IMG/VR virus record: IMGVR_UViG_3300045988_096557
Origin: a virus
Reading direction: 5' to 3' (one strand)
Length of the DNA: 56,927 nucleotides
Shown: piece by piece, positions 1 to 11,940 of the stretch
Layout of the letters: each line of letters opens with the position of its first letter
Position numbering within the stretch: the stretch's first letter is position 1
The notes under the pieces: generated by a model
Told to the model about the DNA's origin: nothing
Database searches by the model: none
Seen by the model: the letters and a program-made list of their open reading frames with translations, nothing else
Program-made: the position numbers and the translations under genes

Positions 1-45
1 AACTACTACCCCTACAGCAGCGGGCTGGCGCCGGCTTTCGTCATT
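1..45 (+). repeat. DGR variable repeat (VR), 3' portion. The 5' part lies outside the window.
   Basis: Window 1-45 aligns to 717-760. Every mismatch sits opposite a TR adenine (A to C/T/G), and both repeats share a GC-rich 3' block GGGCTGGCGCCGG. Confidence 0.8.
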
Positions 46-51
46 GGATAA
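1..51 (+). CDS. 3' end of the DGR target gene (partial; start lies upstream of the window). The C-terminal codons carry the variable repeat and the gene ends at TAA 49-51.
   Basis: Reading frame N-Y-Y-P-Y-S-S-G-L-A-P-A-F-V-I-G-stop. It is homologous to the template repeat at 700-760, with mismatches only at TR adenines. Confidence 0.7.
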   Translation, partial: NYYPYSSGLAPAFVIG

Positions 52-132
52 TACAGCAAAATAACAATTCGGGACAGTTAAGGTTAAATTGTCCAATAAA
101 AAAATTATATATTCAAGTGAGGGAAATTTTAA

Positions 133-627
133 ATGTCTGTAAAAGTAAAGGATAGACACCTATCAAAACAAGACTGTCTTTATAAAGCCCGTGAATTGGT
201 TGGCTACATTTTAGTCTTAACTCGTCCCAGAGAATTTGATAAGGATGGAAAACAAATCTGCAAACCTGGACTGCTTGGAGAGGGTCAACCTCTTCAAGCG
301 TTCGGGTACGATATAATTAAATGCGGAAAGGGTATACACGCTTGCTGCTATGAGGCGTGTAAGATAAACTTAAAAGATAAAGAAACCCTTACAAAGAGAA
401 ATGAATATCACAATAAAGCGATTGAATATTGTGATAGTATATTTCGACAAATCGACCTATGTATTTATTAGTATGCTCAAAACAGCAAAAAGAAAAGAAG
501 ATCTTTTGAACATCTAGCTAGATTGACTAAGAAAGTAAAAGAATCAATCCAAGATAGAAAAAATAGAGATAAACTTATAGTCGAGCATAGATATTAGGCT
601 CCTAAAACTCATAGGAGAAGTCGATAA
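133..627 (+). CDS. Avd-like accessory variability determinant (small basic protein). The ORF is 133..471 if TAG terminates, or extends to TAA 625-627 if TAG is read through.
   Basis: It occupies the canonical target-avd-TR-RT position. It is a small basic ORF, and the extension past TAG 469 is strongly basic and ends at TAA. Confidence 0.45.
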
Positions 628-654
628 TATTTTTCTGCGGTTAAGTTCTGTATC

Positions 655-760
655 TTTCGGTCCCGTAACTACAACAACTCGAACAACGTTTGCAATGTCA
701 ACAACGATGGATCTGCGAACAACAACAACTACAACAACAGCAACGGGCTGGCGCCGGATT
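655..760 (+). repeat. DGR template repeat (TR). The 5' boundary is approximate.
   Basis: An AAC-rich tract (aac aac aac tac aac aac agc aac ggg ctg gcg ccg) that is near-identical to the VR except at adenines. The supplied ORF 690..947 is a spurious read across it. Confidence 0.8.
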
Positions 761-1066
761 AGATGGAGCTATCATGTTGCGAGTTAAGCTGCGGAGCAGC
801 GCAAACGAGCAACGCCTAAATAGTACCCCGAAGTATATTATTATCCATCTAATTAAGGTTTACTCTGGATTGCACTCACTACGTGGGGAAGAGATTGAGA
901 GACCATTAAAGAGCTTTGCTCTACAACTATCGAATAATATACTATAGGTAGATCTGCCTTTTCATCTAAGGAGAACTTAACCATTTCACTGAAAAAGTGG
1001 ATAAAGTAAGACTGTAGACGTGGAGCTCGAGTAGCTACCACTATAGCTACATGATAAGGAGAAAGT

Positions 1067-2284
1067 ATGTCTGAAATAAATCAAGATACTACTTTCGAGC
1101 GTTTTTGTAGTTTTGACGCTATGTATGATGCGTCTTATAAGGTATGTCGAAACGTTCGATGGAAAGATAGTACAATTAATTTTGAAGAGAATAGGATAGA
1201 AACAATTTTAAAAACAGAAGCTGATCTGCGAGCGTGTGAATACGAATAGCTTGTGTTTAGTTGTTTTTCGATAATCGAACGAGGCAAACCAAGAGATATA
1301 AGAGCGTGTCATATCAACGACAGACTGGTACAAAATGCGTTATGTGAACAAGTTTTATTACCAGAATTAACTCCTAGATTTATCTACGATAATTGTGCGA
1401 CTTTAAGAGGAAAAGGAATAGACTTTGCTTTAAAAAGAGTAAAGAAACACCTTCAACAAGCTCATAGGGAATATGGATTAGGAAAAGATTTTTATGGATT
1501 AAGAATTGATATTCAAAAATATTTTGATTCTATTGACCATAAATCTTTAAAGAAAGCAGCTAAACGTTTGATAAAAGATAAAAGAATTTATCAACTATGC
1601 TGTTATTTAATAGATACATTTTCTTTTAAGCTAACAAAAGATTCCTCTCCCATACCAGGAAAAGATTATTATATTGGTAAACGGCACAAATACACGAAAA
1701 TTAGTACCACTAATTTCAAGTCTGGCCGCAAATACTATGAATATGATAATAAAAGTCTTGGATTAGGAAGTCAAACATCACAATTATTCGCATTGCTAGC
1801 ATTGAACGAAATTGACCACTTCATCAAAGAAGAGTTACATATTAAGTATTATGGTCGTTATATGGATGATTTATATTTATTCCACAATGACAGTCAATAC
1901 TTAGCCGAATGTGAAAAGAGAATAGAAGTTCGCTTAAATAAGCAAGGATTAAAGATGAATAAGAAAAAGACTACTATTACTAGAATCTCTCCTATTCACG
2001 CGGACGGCAAACGTCACACTCCATTAAAATACTTAAAGTGGAACTTTTATCTCACAGACACTAATCATATAATACAAATTCCTTTTAAAAAGAAAGTGGC
2101 TCATTAGCGCAGAAAGTTAAAGAAAATGCAAGCGCTATGGCTAGAGGGTAAAATTTCAACAGATGAAATTTAGAAATCCTATCAAGGTTGGAGGGCACAT
2201 ATTTCTAAAGGAACTTGTTTTTATATAATTCAAGATATGGACAATTATTTTCGTTCATTATTTAAAGGAGTTGAAATAAAGTAA
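1067..2284 (+). CDS. DGR reverse transcriptase, about 405 aa, with three in-frame TAGs (1247, 2105, 2171).
   Basis: The N-terminal segment and the listed ORF 1253..2107 join in one frame across TAG 1247. Motifs recalled from Bordetella phage bRT (not compared computationally): the N-terminal region, KDRLVQNALC versus bRT KDRLVQHALC, and the YMDD box. The gene ends at TAA 2282-2284, overlapping the next ATG. Confidence 0.8.
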
Positions 2285-2946
2285 TGTATATTCTATTAAA
2301 TAGAGAGAATGTAGTAGTTGATATTCTTTCAGAAGCACGTTACATTAAACTGCAATCCTCAAATGGTATTGTCGTTGCCTGCGAGGAAGAAGAGGGAACT
2401 GGGGTTATCGGCTCAAATGGAGATACACATTATACTCTAATTAAAGCCGATGTATTAAATCAATCTAATGCTGTAAAAGTATTAGAGATAGAAACAATTC
2501 CATCAGATGTTACTCCTAATTATTCAATATATAATCAAGAAGATGGAACATTCACTTCTGATTTAGATTAGGAAAAGTATGACAAACAAGAGGAAAACAA
2601 GAAACTATTCGCAGAGTATCTTGCTACCCACCCACTAACTTGGGTTGATGGAAAAGAATATGGAATTACGTAGGAGGACCAGTCTGAGATTAGCTTAAAT
2701 CTCAATCAATATCAAGTCGCTCTCGCGGCCGAAGTAGAAAATCCTACGCTTGAGTGGCACGCTCGACACGAAGAATGTGTGCCATGGAGTTTAGAGCAAT
2801 TATCCGCTCTAAGTTTAGCTATTTCAAATGCGGTATATCCCAAATATCATTTAATGCAAGAATATAAAACTTAGATATTCGAAGCTGATTCAATAGATAA
2901 ATTAAAAGCTATTGAATTAAACTATGAAGATACCGACAGTGAGTAA
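2284..2946 (+). CDS. Hypothetical protein, 220 aa, with 3 in-frame TAGs (2569, 2671, 2872).
   Basis: ORF 2284..2571 continues in the same frame for 125 further codons with no TAA or TGA until TAA 2944-2946. A ribosome-binding site AAAGGAG precedes it. Confidence 0.5.
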
Positions 2947-3382
2947 AAATATAATTCTATTTGCAGTTGGAGGAACTCTATATTACGGTATAGAGTTCCT
3001 CTATAAAACTTTTATCAGCTTTGGAACTTGTCATTGGTCTATGTTCTTATTGGGCGGCTTATGCTTTTTATTAATAGGACTAATGAATGAGAACGTTCTT
3101 TGGGAAGAATCTATTCTTACTCAAGGAGTAAAAGGCTCTTTAATCATAACTGCTTTAGAATTAATCTTTGGTCTAGTATTAAATGTAAAACTAGGCTTAG
3201 GCATTTGGGATTATTCTCATGTTCCATTGAATTTTATGGGGTAGATTTGTTTACCATTCTCTATCGCCTGGTTCTTTTTAAGCCTTTTGGCAATAGTATT
3301 AGACGACTACCTAAGATGGAAATGGTTTGGAGAAGAAAAACCGCATTATCATTTATATAGTAAACCTCCTTGCGAGAAATAA
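2924..3382 (+). CDS. Small membrane protein with four predicted transmembrane helices, 152 aa, one in-frame TAG (3242). It may be a holin-like or CmpB/DUF1113-like protein.
   Basis: Four hydrophobic segments, and the same-frame continuation past TAG to TAA 3380-3382. Confidence 0.45.
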
Positions 3383-3383
3383 A

Positions 3384-3433
3384 AAAAAATGGGGAGAACC
3401 TTGAAATTAAGGTTCTCCCCATTTTTTTTTATT
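3384..3433. terminator. Bidirectional rho-independent terminator between convergent genes.
   Basis: A9-TGGGGAGAACCTT-loop-AAGGTTCTCCCCA-T9, a perfect 13-bp stem flanked by an A-run and a T-run. Confidence 0.75.
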
Positions 3434-4211
3434 TTACATCAATGATAATAATAGCAATATCATTTGTTGGTTTTTCTTTTGTATAAAAGGTAATTCCAAC
3501 CCCAACTGATGCATCAGCGTGATCAATTTTACTATACTCTTCAAGATTAGAAGTATAACTAATAATAGGTGGCACATTACCTGCTTTTCCGCAAGTTAAA
3601 GAAGTATTGGAATAAGTATATGTATACATATCTTCATTTAATACCCAACCTGATGCAGAAAGAGTTGCTGGATAAGCTGCCGTAGTACTTCCACTAATCT
3701 AGTTATCTGTTTCCAATTTGCTATACACATCTAAATTAGTTCTCGCCCCTGCTGCATTAATTGCCCCGGTTCCACCAACTGAAATTGGAAGCGTTCCAAA
3801 TTGCGGAGCGCCAGCTGTAGCGGCAAATAAAGCGCCAGTTCCTTGCAATCCTGTTACACCATTCTCGCTATTTCCGATAACAACCTAACCAGCCGCAATT
3901 TCAACCATCTTTACCGCATTAGTTCCATTACCAATTAATAAAGCATTTACAGTTAGACTATTATGTCCAGTTCCGCCCTGAGCTACAGTGGCAGTCATAT
4001 TTTTAAGAAAAATATCATCAATATCAATCTCAGTAATATCATTCTTTAGAACTTGAGCAGCATAGGCATTTACCTGCAAACGCCCACCTTCTTCATTACT
4101 AATATCAATAAAGAGATTTCCTTTATCTTCTGTGAAATAAGCGTATCCTTCATGAAGAGGTACACTATTCAAATTATCTTCTGGTCCTCGAAAAATCTTA
4201 AATAAAGCCAT
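3429..4211 (-). CDS. Tail fibre protein, about 260 aa, with 2 in-frame TAGs.
   Basis: ORFs 3885..4211 and 3429..3629 are in the same frame and are joined by a TAG-only stretch. N-terminus MALFKIFRG...GYAYFTEDKGNLFID, Gly-rich repeats such as GGTGAINAAGAR, and a ribosome-binding site AAGGAGGG. Confidence 0.65.
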
Positions 4212-4244
4212 TTTAGGCCCTCCTTTATACTCTCTAAATATAAA

Positions 4245-6155
4245 TTAAGGTATTAAATCACTAAAACTTCCCCAAGATAACAACTCTTCTATCTATTTGG
4301 CAGAATATGTCTATCTATCTTTATTTGTAATAGCTCCACCGATTAAAGTGTTGATATAATGAACGCTATAAGTTTTATTTGTTACCTCTCCACCATCTTC
4401 ATTATTATAATCATTATCAATAAGGTTAGCAATACCTCCGGTTAGTTGAACTCTTCCCCATACTCCATCGGCTGCTTTATAATACCAATAAGAAGTTTCC
4501 TAATTAGTCTCATATTCAACCCAAGTAATAGAGAAAATATCCTCTGCGCTGATTTCTCCATCGTAATTTTCTTCGATGTAATTTACGCCATTCTATAAAG
4601 AATCCTTAATTGTTTCAGTTTCGTTAATAGTGTAACTTTTAACTATTTTAAGAGCTTCTCCAACAGGACCTTTTAAGTTTCCTTTATTCTTAACCCATGT
4701 TCCATTAGAGCTTAATGAATAAATATCTCCTGTATCAGTATTTAAATACAAATCTCCTGTTTTAGCTCCATCAACAGTAACATTTAAAGATGTATCAGAA
4801 ACAGCTAATCCAGCAAATAATTTAGATCCTCTTGGAATCTAGAAATCAAGATTTACTGTATCAGAAGAAATAATCTTACTAGAGACAGATCCCTCTTCAT
4901 CAATTCCTATAAAATCAAAAGAAACTCCATATTTAACCGCGGATGGAAGCCCAAAGACAAGTTTCCAAGCGGTTTCTTCCGTATTAGTAAATTCTCTTAC
5001 TACAGTAGGTGCAGTTGGTTCATACCCGCTACCACCATTTGTATAAGGGTCTAATTTTGTTACTTCTATTTCAGGTAATGGAGACTAAATACAAGCAACA
5101 TATTGGAAAGTGCAAGTTGTACCCGACTTCTTTGTTACCTTGTAAATAAAACCGGTCGGTGCATTAATATAATAATCACCAATATTATAATCTGCAAAAG
5201 CTTCATTCGTTTCTTCATAAGTTCCAGCAGTTCTTTCTCCTAATAATTCACCATAATAAAACTTAATAGATTCTGGTAAACTAAATTTTAATACCGGAGA
5301 ATTAATATTAGTATTATCTATCTAAACTGATGGGTTTTCCTCTGGACCTACAATAATAGTCTCTGGATTTCCCATTACCTAGCTTTGAGGTAAAAAGAAA
5401 TTAATAACTGGATTATTTATATCATCAAAATTTATCTCAAAATATGGTGTTTCATTAGAATCAAGAACTGTTGTAGTTCCTTCCTATAATGATTGAGATA
5501 CAGGTAATTGGAATTTAATTGCCGGTCTATTTATAGAATAAGAACCAGACGTTTCTAAGGATACTGTAGGTTCCTCTCCAACATTTAATAATTCAACTAG
5601 CGCCGTTTCAATAACTTGTGATTGTGGCAAAGATAATTTTAAACTTGGATTATTTATATCTGTTGTATCTAATTTCACACTAGGATTTTTATTGCAATCT
5701 AGAACGGTTGTTTCACCTAATTGAATATTTTGACTCTAAGGTAACTAAAAAGTTAGCCACAATCTATCTAAATCTGTATTATCCCAAACTACATTTGGAT
5801 CTTTATCGGCATCAAGAACTTCCGTATCATGTAGGCTAATTCTTGGTGTATTTCCTGTCATGGAAGCCTGCATCTCATAGCTTAGGCCGCCCGCAGATCC
5901 ACTTCCATCTTTATCATTAAAAACTTTTTTCCAAAGGGTAGAGTTATAACTTTTACCATAATTCTATAAATCTTCATTCTTATAAATATCATAATTTGCA
6001 TCACTTGGCAAACCATACGATACAATAACGAAATCTCCAGGGAAAATAGAAGATGTCCAACCCTTTGTTAAATCTCTATCCATCTAATATTTACTAGTAA
6101 AGATTTGCTTAATTTCAAAATCTATACCTTTAGGTCCTCCATAGAAACTCTCCAT
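4245..6155 (-). CDS. Tail or fibre-associated structural protein, about 636 aa, with about 13 in-frame TAGs.
   Basis: Hand translation stays open in frame from ATG (ribosome-binding site TAAGGAGGTG) to TAA 4245-4247. It contains repeated NPS.KLSLPQSQV-like units, and ORF 5484..5678 is in the same frame. Confidence 0.5.
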
Positions 6156-6169
6156 AGTTTGACACCTCC

Positions 6170-6763
6170 TTATACATAAATAAAGTCAATAATGACATTA
6201 TATAAATCCTAATAATTTTCTGGAGCATCAACATTATCAGGATTTGGTAGTACATAAATGCCATTTACCCCCTGATTATATAAGCTTAATGCTGTCTAAT
6301 AAGCCTCTATATAAGCAGTCTGAATATTATTATATGCGTCCCAATAAGCCTTATACCCTTCTGGATCGGTATCTTGATCTGGCATATCTGGATTTTCTTT
6401 ATAAAATCTCTCCAAATCTTCACTCCTTTTTTTATCTGCGGCTTGCATTCCCGCAGTTCCTTGTTCAATAGCCTACTGAGATGCTTCTTCGTCTTTTTCA
6501 TACTTTCTAGGTCTAATAAAATACATATTAGTAATAGCTATGTCATCATCTAGTTCATATATTCCAGTTCTACCAACCATAATAGTTTTTGATTCATTCA
6601 TAACTATCTTGGTCCCAGCAGGAGCCTATACTCCAACTTTATTAAATTGAGAGGCCCCCACTTGGACAACAATATCACTGAATATATTCTACCCACTAGA
6701 AACATAACTACCACTGTTGTTATCTATTACATTATAATATATTTGACCAACAGTTGGCATTAT
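6170..6763 (-). CDS. Hypothetical virion protein, 197 aa, with 5 TAGs.
   Basis: Ribosome-binding site AAGGAGGA plus ATG. The frame is open to TAA 6170-6172, and the stop lies inside the ribosome-binding site of the next gene. Confidence 0.45.
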
Positions 6764-6779
6764 CTCCTACTCCTCCTTA

Positions 6780-8681
6780 TACTCTTGTTAATACTTCCGT
6801 GGCTGTAATACTCATAGTTCCATTATATGAAAGAGGTAAAGTGAATTGAGTTATCTAATAATTTCCACTAAGTCCACTGTCTTTATCTTCAACATAAAGA
6901 ATATTATTTGGTTCCATATAATATTTTGGTAAACAAGTAATGGATATAGTTGTATTATAATTTAAATTCTAATACAACATTTCTCTAATTTTATCAAAAC
7001 AACTCGCATTTGTGGAGCTTATTGAAAATAAATTATAATACTCAGAAGTAAGAACAAAAAATCTCTAACCAATTCCTCTATATTCTGCTATCAAATCCTG
7101 GTCTAATCCTTCAATAAATATAATATCAGGAGCTTCTATATTATATACGGAAGTTATATCAGAACTATTAATTACTTTAGTCCTTCTACCTATCTCATTT
7201 ATTGAATATTTTCCAATTTCTGAACCGGTATCTATAAAATCTAGCCAATAGTTTAGATTTCCTGGATTATTAAATACATCTGGATTCCAATGATTATATT
7301 CATCCCATTTCTCATTTAGTGGATTATATAAATTGCGCCATTCGGCGATTAATTCAGAGTCATAGTAATTATCATATACACTATTTGTTACTTGTGCGTT
7401 TAATGCTCTACGATATAATTCCTCTCTCCACTCATCGCACGGAGATCCAACTAATTCTACTTCATATCCTGATATTGAATAATCAGAAGATATATTATTA
7501 AAATCATATCTTATAATTAATCCCGTCTCTTTATCACTCACAGCCCACATATAATATCCTGCTAAGTCAATTATTGGTTTGGTATCAATAGCAAGATGAT
7601 ACCTAATATCAACTTCTATTCCAGATGTAGTGGTTCTCTTTCCCCAAACATAAAAATCATTTTTTATATTATCAAACTTTGGACTGCGGGTTATGGCTGT
7701 AGTAGTATCAAGATCGGTTAAAGAGTATAAAAACTTAGCATTATTATAGCTCTTTACATAATTTTCTGGAGATAACTCTGTTAAAGGACTTCCAGTATTA
7801 AGATAATTCTTTATCTCCTAAAAGATAAAGCGACCATCTATATCATAAAAATACTCAAAATTTCCAAGAACTTCAACTATTTTATCTAATAGAGTAGTTA
7901 CAGTATCTCCAGCATCTAAAATTAATTCTCCCGGATAAGTAAATTCAGTTTCTCTATATCCAGCATCCTATCCATAACTTATCATATGAGGAAAATCAGC
8001 GCTTGGAGAAAAGTTCATACTTTCATAATTATTGCTAAAATATATGGGTTTATCTCCTATATATTTAACCAACATCTTACAAGTTTCTTCTATGTCAGTA
8101 ATAATAATATTTGTTATAGCCTCTCCGCCCCAATGGTTGACTGCTTCATATATAATTTGAAAGATAGTTGGATATACAATTTCTATATCTCCATCTTTTT
8201 TCTATATATAACTTTCATGAAAGGTTATAGAGCCTGGAAATGTCCCTCCTGCGGTTCCATCAAGTAAACACATTTTATCTTTTCCACTTATAGAGATTGT
8301 CCATCCAGAAGTGGATCTTGCTACCGATGCGTTAGATAAAACAAACAATCCACAAGGGAACCAAATTATGTCACCATAATTTGCATAAGATTTTAAGGGA
8401 TTATTATATCCAACAAAAACTTTAACCTTCTTATTTATTGAAATCTCATTATCTATATTTTCAATATCGCTATTATTCTCATTAGCTAACATAGTTAGGT
8501 TAATTGTTCTACGAACAGAGGACGATCCATTAACACTTAAACTACCAGCAGTTATGTTACCCTATATTTCTCTAATAGGTTTTTCATCAAAAGAAAGTAA
8601 AATAATTTTTGCGTAATGAGTTTTAATATTTAATTTATCAAGAGCTACAAGGAAATCCATATCATTTAAATAATCAAACAT
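6780..8681 (-). CDS. Tail tip protein with a prophage-tail endopeptidase-like N-domain (Tal-like), about 633 aa, with about 8 TAGs.
   Basis: ORFs 7065..7550 and 8202..8492 are in the same frame. The N-terminus LSFDEKPIREI.GNITAGSLSVNGSSSVRRT resembles the Sipho tail / Tal N-domain family. Overlapping ATGTTTGA junction with the upstream gene. Confidence 0.5.
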
Positions 8682-11463
8682 AATACTATTCCACCTTCAT
8701 GCGCATTTGATTTGTTAAACATTTATAATTTATTACACAAAACTAAGCACTTTCTAAAGCTATATATTTAACCATATTATCTAATGGATTAAGAGTATAC
8801 CTTCCAGTTGGACCAATCTTTATAATAGACGGATTACTTCCATCTGGACTAGAACTAATTAAAAGGGTAGTTCCTTCATCCGCCTCAATATCAAGTAAAA
8901 CAATATCACTAAAAGTATAATAAATCTCGCCATCTGTCAACTATCCATCATCATTTAACTCGAAATGAGTATTATATATAAGCTCAACTTGTTTCTATGT
9001 TTCTTCTTTTATTATCTCATAAATATTAATGGTTTTATATAGATTAAAGGTTGTATTATCAACAATAGTATCTCCCTATTTATCCTTGACTAAAAACTTT
9101 TCCATATTTGGTGGAACATTACTAAATATACGATAAGTTTCACTGTTTCTATAATCGTAATTATAGAATTTTAAAACTCCATCTGTACCAGTAAAAATTC
9201 CAGAAATCTATCCCCAAATGCGAGAAGCATCAATAGCAGAAACGACTCCAACAGAAACGTCCTCAACCTAATTCAACTAGCAAACATAGTTTACAACAAT
9301 AGGAACGCTAGACGCGGACAAAGATAAAGAATTTACATTTTCATTTAAATGATAAACTCTATTTGGAGCAACTAAAATTCTTGAACCATTAACATTAATT
9401 TCGATAGCTGCGGATTCAGGGCCATCAAGAGCGAGAATCAAATCTTTACATTCCTAAATCTGTCTATCATATTCAGAAGTATCCTCGTCATCTCCCGCGG
9501 CTTCAGATTTAAGAGCTTCTAATTCTAGTAATCGTGCAGTCAAATCTATTTTTGGATATTGCTCAATCTAAATATCTGTAACTTGAATTAAATTAAGTTT
9601 ATATCCTCCGCCTATACTAACCTCTTCCTGCTCTCTTATCTTCGCATATAAATCTATATTTCTACCATAAATTCCACTTAACTATCCGAAAGAATTTATT
9701 CTATCTTCGCTAGCCAAACTTTCAAATTTACCAATATTTATTATATTAACTTCATTTAAATTTTCTATGGTATTCTCTAAAACTTCATACGCAGTAGCAG
9801 AAAAGGAGTAAATCATGCGGCCGACCGTATTATTCGGAGTCAAAGATACATTCAGCAAGCCTATAATTATATTTCCTTCGGTAGAAGATTTAAAGAGCTT
9901 ATAATTAAAATCATTTAAAAATTCTTCCACTTTTTCTCTAAATATTCTTTCAATAAAAATATTATCATTTGTTAAACTAGTTGAGATAGATAATTTATTT
10001 TCATCTGTAGAAACTTCAGAATAAGTTTCCTACTTCTCTTGACATTTTCCTCTGGTTACATTGTTTTTAATAAATTTGTCTTTGGGAATTACTAATTCAT
10101 TATTGTAATAAAGTCCATCATCTTTTAAAGAGAAAAATGTCTAATCTTCATCCATCTAAAAACTTATTAATCCAGAAATTGGAAACTCTGCATAATAAGC
10201 CTTACCATTCTAAACCAAATGAGGATATTTACTTCCTAAGGTATCTTGTTTACTTCTTAAAGTAGTATGTTTAAAGCTGGATAATGTCTAATTAAGAGAT
10301 AACTTTAACTATATATTATCCCTATAAATATAGCTATATTGGAAATCAACACTTCTACCTTGGTTACTTGTATCATATACCTAAGAAGTCCGCAACCCTG
10401 CTGAATTTTCCTATTGTATGGCATATTTATATCTTATACCACTTTCAATAGCAAAATCAACATGAATAACTGAATCATTTAATACTTGATTAGAAAATTT
10501 AAGATATTTTAAATCTTCCCATATCTAATAATTACTTTTTTCAGAACTTCTTGTTATTACATAACTACCACTAAGTCCATTTTTAGCGGTACAAAATATT
10601 TTTATACAACCATTTTCTCGACAATATACATCATTATCTTCAACTCTAATAGATACTCCCTCTAAATCTCCCAAATAGGTCCTATTAACTGAAAAATTAT
10701 AAGGCTCTGATTCTCCTTCATATTCATTAATAGTAATAATAGAGTAGACTACTGTATAGCTTTTATTATTGGTTAACACGGTTTTAAATCTATAAGTATC
10801 GGTATTATTAATAGAACCATTGTGCTATAACCATCCAGATGTTTCAAGTAAATAATTAGGATCTTTAGAGGCTCCTTCATACAAATCAAATTTATATCTA
10901 TCCAATAATTCATTACTAGCAGAGCTAATATTAAAGCTTCCTATAAACAAAGGAGTAAGAGTTGCCTCTATTCTTTCAGTAGATATAACATCTTCTCGTT
11001 TAGCTTCATCGTTTTCTATTTTAATAATTGGTGTATCTATAGCCTTGATTATCATTACAGTAGACCATTCAGAAAAGGCTCCCGCATCTATCTGCTATTG
11101 TTTCCAAGTGGCAAATTCTGATAACGAAGTATACATTGGATTTATACCAAAACGCATTTGTACTTTGTATAAATAGCCTGGCTACCAAGATTCGGCTAAT
11201 TCGCTTCTATTAATTGATACAAAATATTGATTTCCTAAAGACCCTATCGCAGAAGGAGCTTTATAAATAGTTCCATCTGGATATTGGTCTGTATTTACAA
11301 TACTTTTATTATTAGACTAACGAACTAGCCGCACTTGTACATGACCTATGTCATTAAAAGACGTAATTGGCTATAGCGTAAAATTTATCTAATATACGTT
11401 CACGCTAGAAAGAAATGCTGGCTATGTACTCTACAAAGTAGGCGGATAAATACTAATTGGCAT
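8674..11463 (-). CDS. Large distal-tail (Dit-position) protein with FN3-like modules, about 929 aa, with about 30 TAGs.
   Basis: ORFs 8743..8940, 9682..9930, 10525..10779 and 10825..11055 are all in frame 1. Hand translation runs uninterrupted from ATG (ribosome-binding site AAAGGAGG) to TGA 8674-8676. Confidence 0.45.
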
Positions 11464-11534
11464 AATTAACGCCTCCTTTTTCTCATCTAAAATATTTAAA
11501 AAATCTTATATTTTTTATAAATATAATTGGCCAA

Positions 11535-11566
11535 GAGGCTGACGAGTTTTACTCCTCGTCAGCCTC
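11535..11566. other. Perfect 12-bp stem-loop (GAGGCTGACGAG...CTCGTCAGCCTC) separating tail genes. Possible attenuator or RNA-processing site.
   Basis: An inverted repeat seen directly. The stop codon of the upstream 123-aa gene lies in its loop. Confidence 0.4.
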
Positions 11567-11920
11567 CACCATAAAATATAGAGTATTCATAACTTTTAAA
11601 GGAATATCATACCCCTATAAAATATCAATAGAAAAAGTCGCTAATGGAACGCTAGTATTAACCGCCAATAAAGCATTTAATTCTTGATTAGCCGCTTCCC
11701 TTTTCTCCTCTGAAATCTAATAGGTTATATCATCAACTTTTTCTCCATATCTTTCAATAATCTTTTTTCGTTCGTTATAAATATCCTCAGCAATAGGAGA
11801 AAGAATTTTAAAATTTCTTATTACTGCATATGATACACTCGCGGGAAGAAGTGAGCAATCTTGTATTGTAGAATTTAAATTCTCAACTGCTTCCAAAATA
11901 TCCTTGTTTAACATTTTCAT
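11549..11920 (-). CDS. Hypothetical protein, 123 aa, with 2 TAGs.
   Basis: ORF 11717..11920 with a same-frame extension to TAA 11549-11551. Ribosome-binding site AAAAGGAG. Confidence 0.45.
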
Positions 11921-11940
11921 AATTAAGACTCCTTTTTCTC

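Noticed and set aside
690-947. Listed ORF 690..947 (+), with the translation MQCQQRWICEQQQLQQQQRAGAG...
   Set aside because: It is a spurious read across the DGR template repeat. The AAC-rich TR gives a Gln-rich artefact in this frame. The region is the non-coding TR plus spacer.
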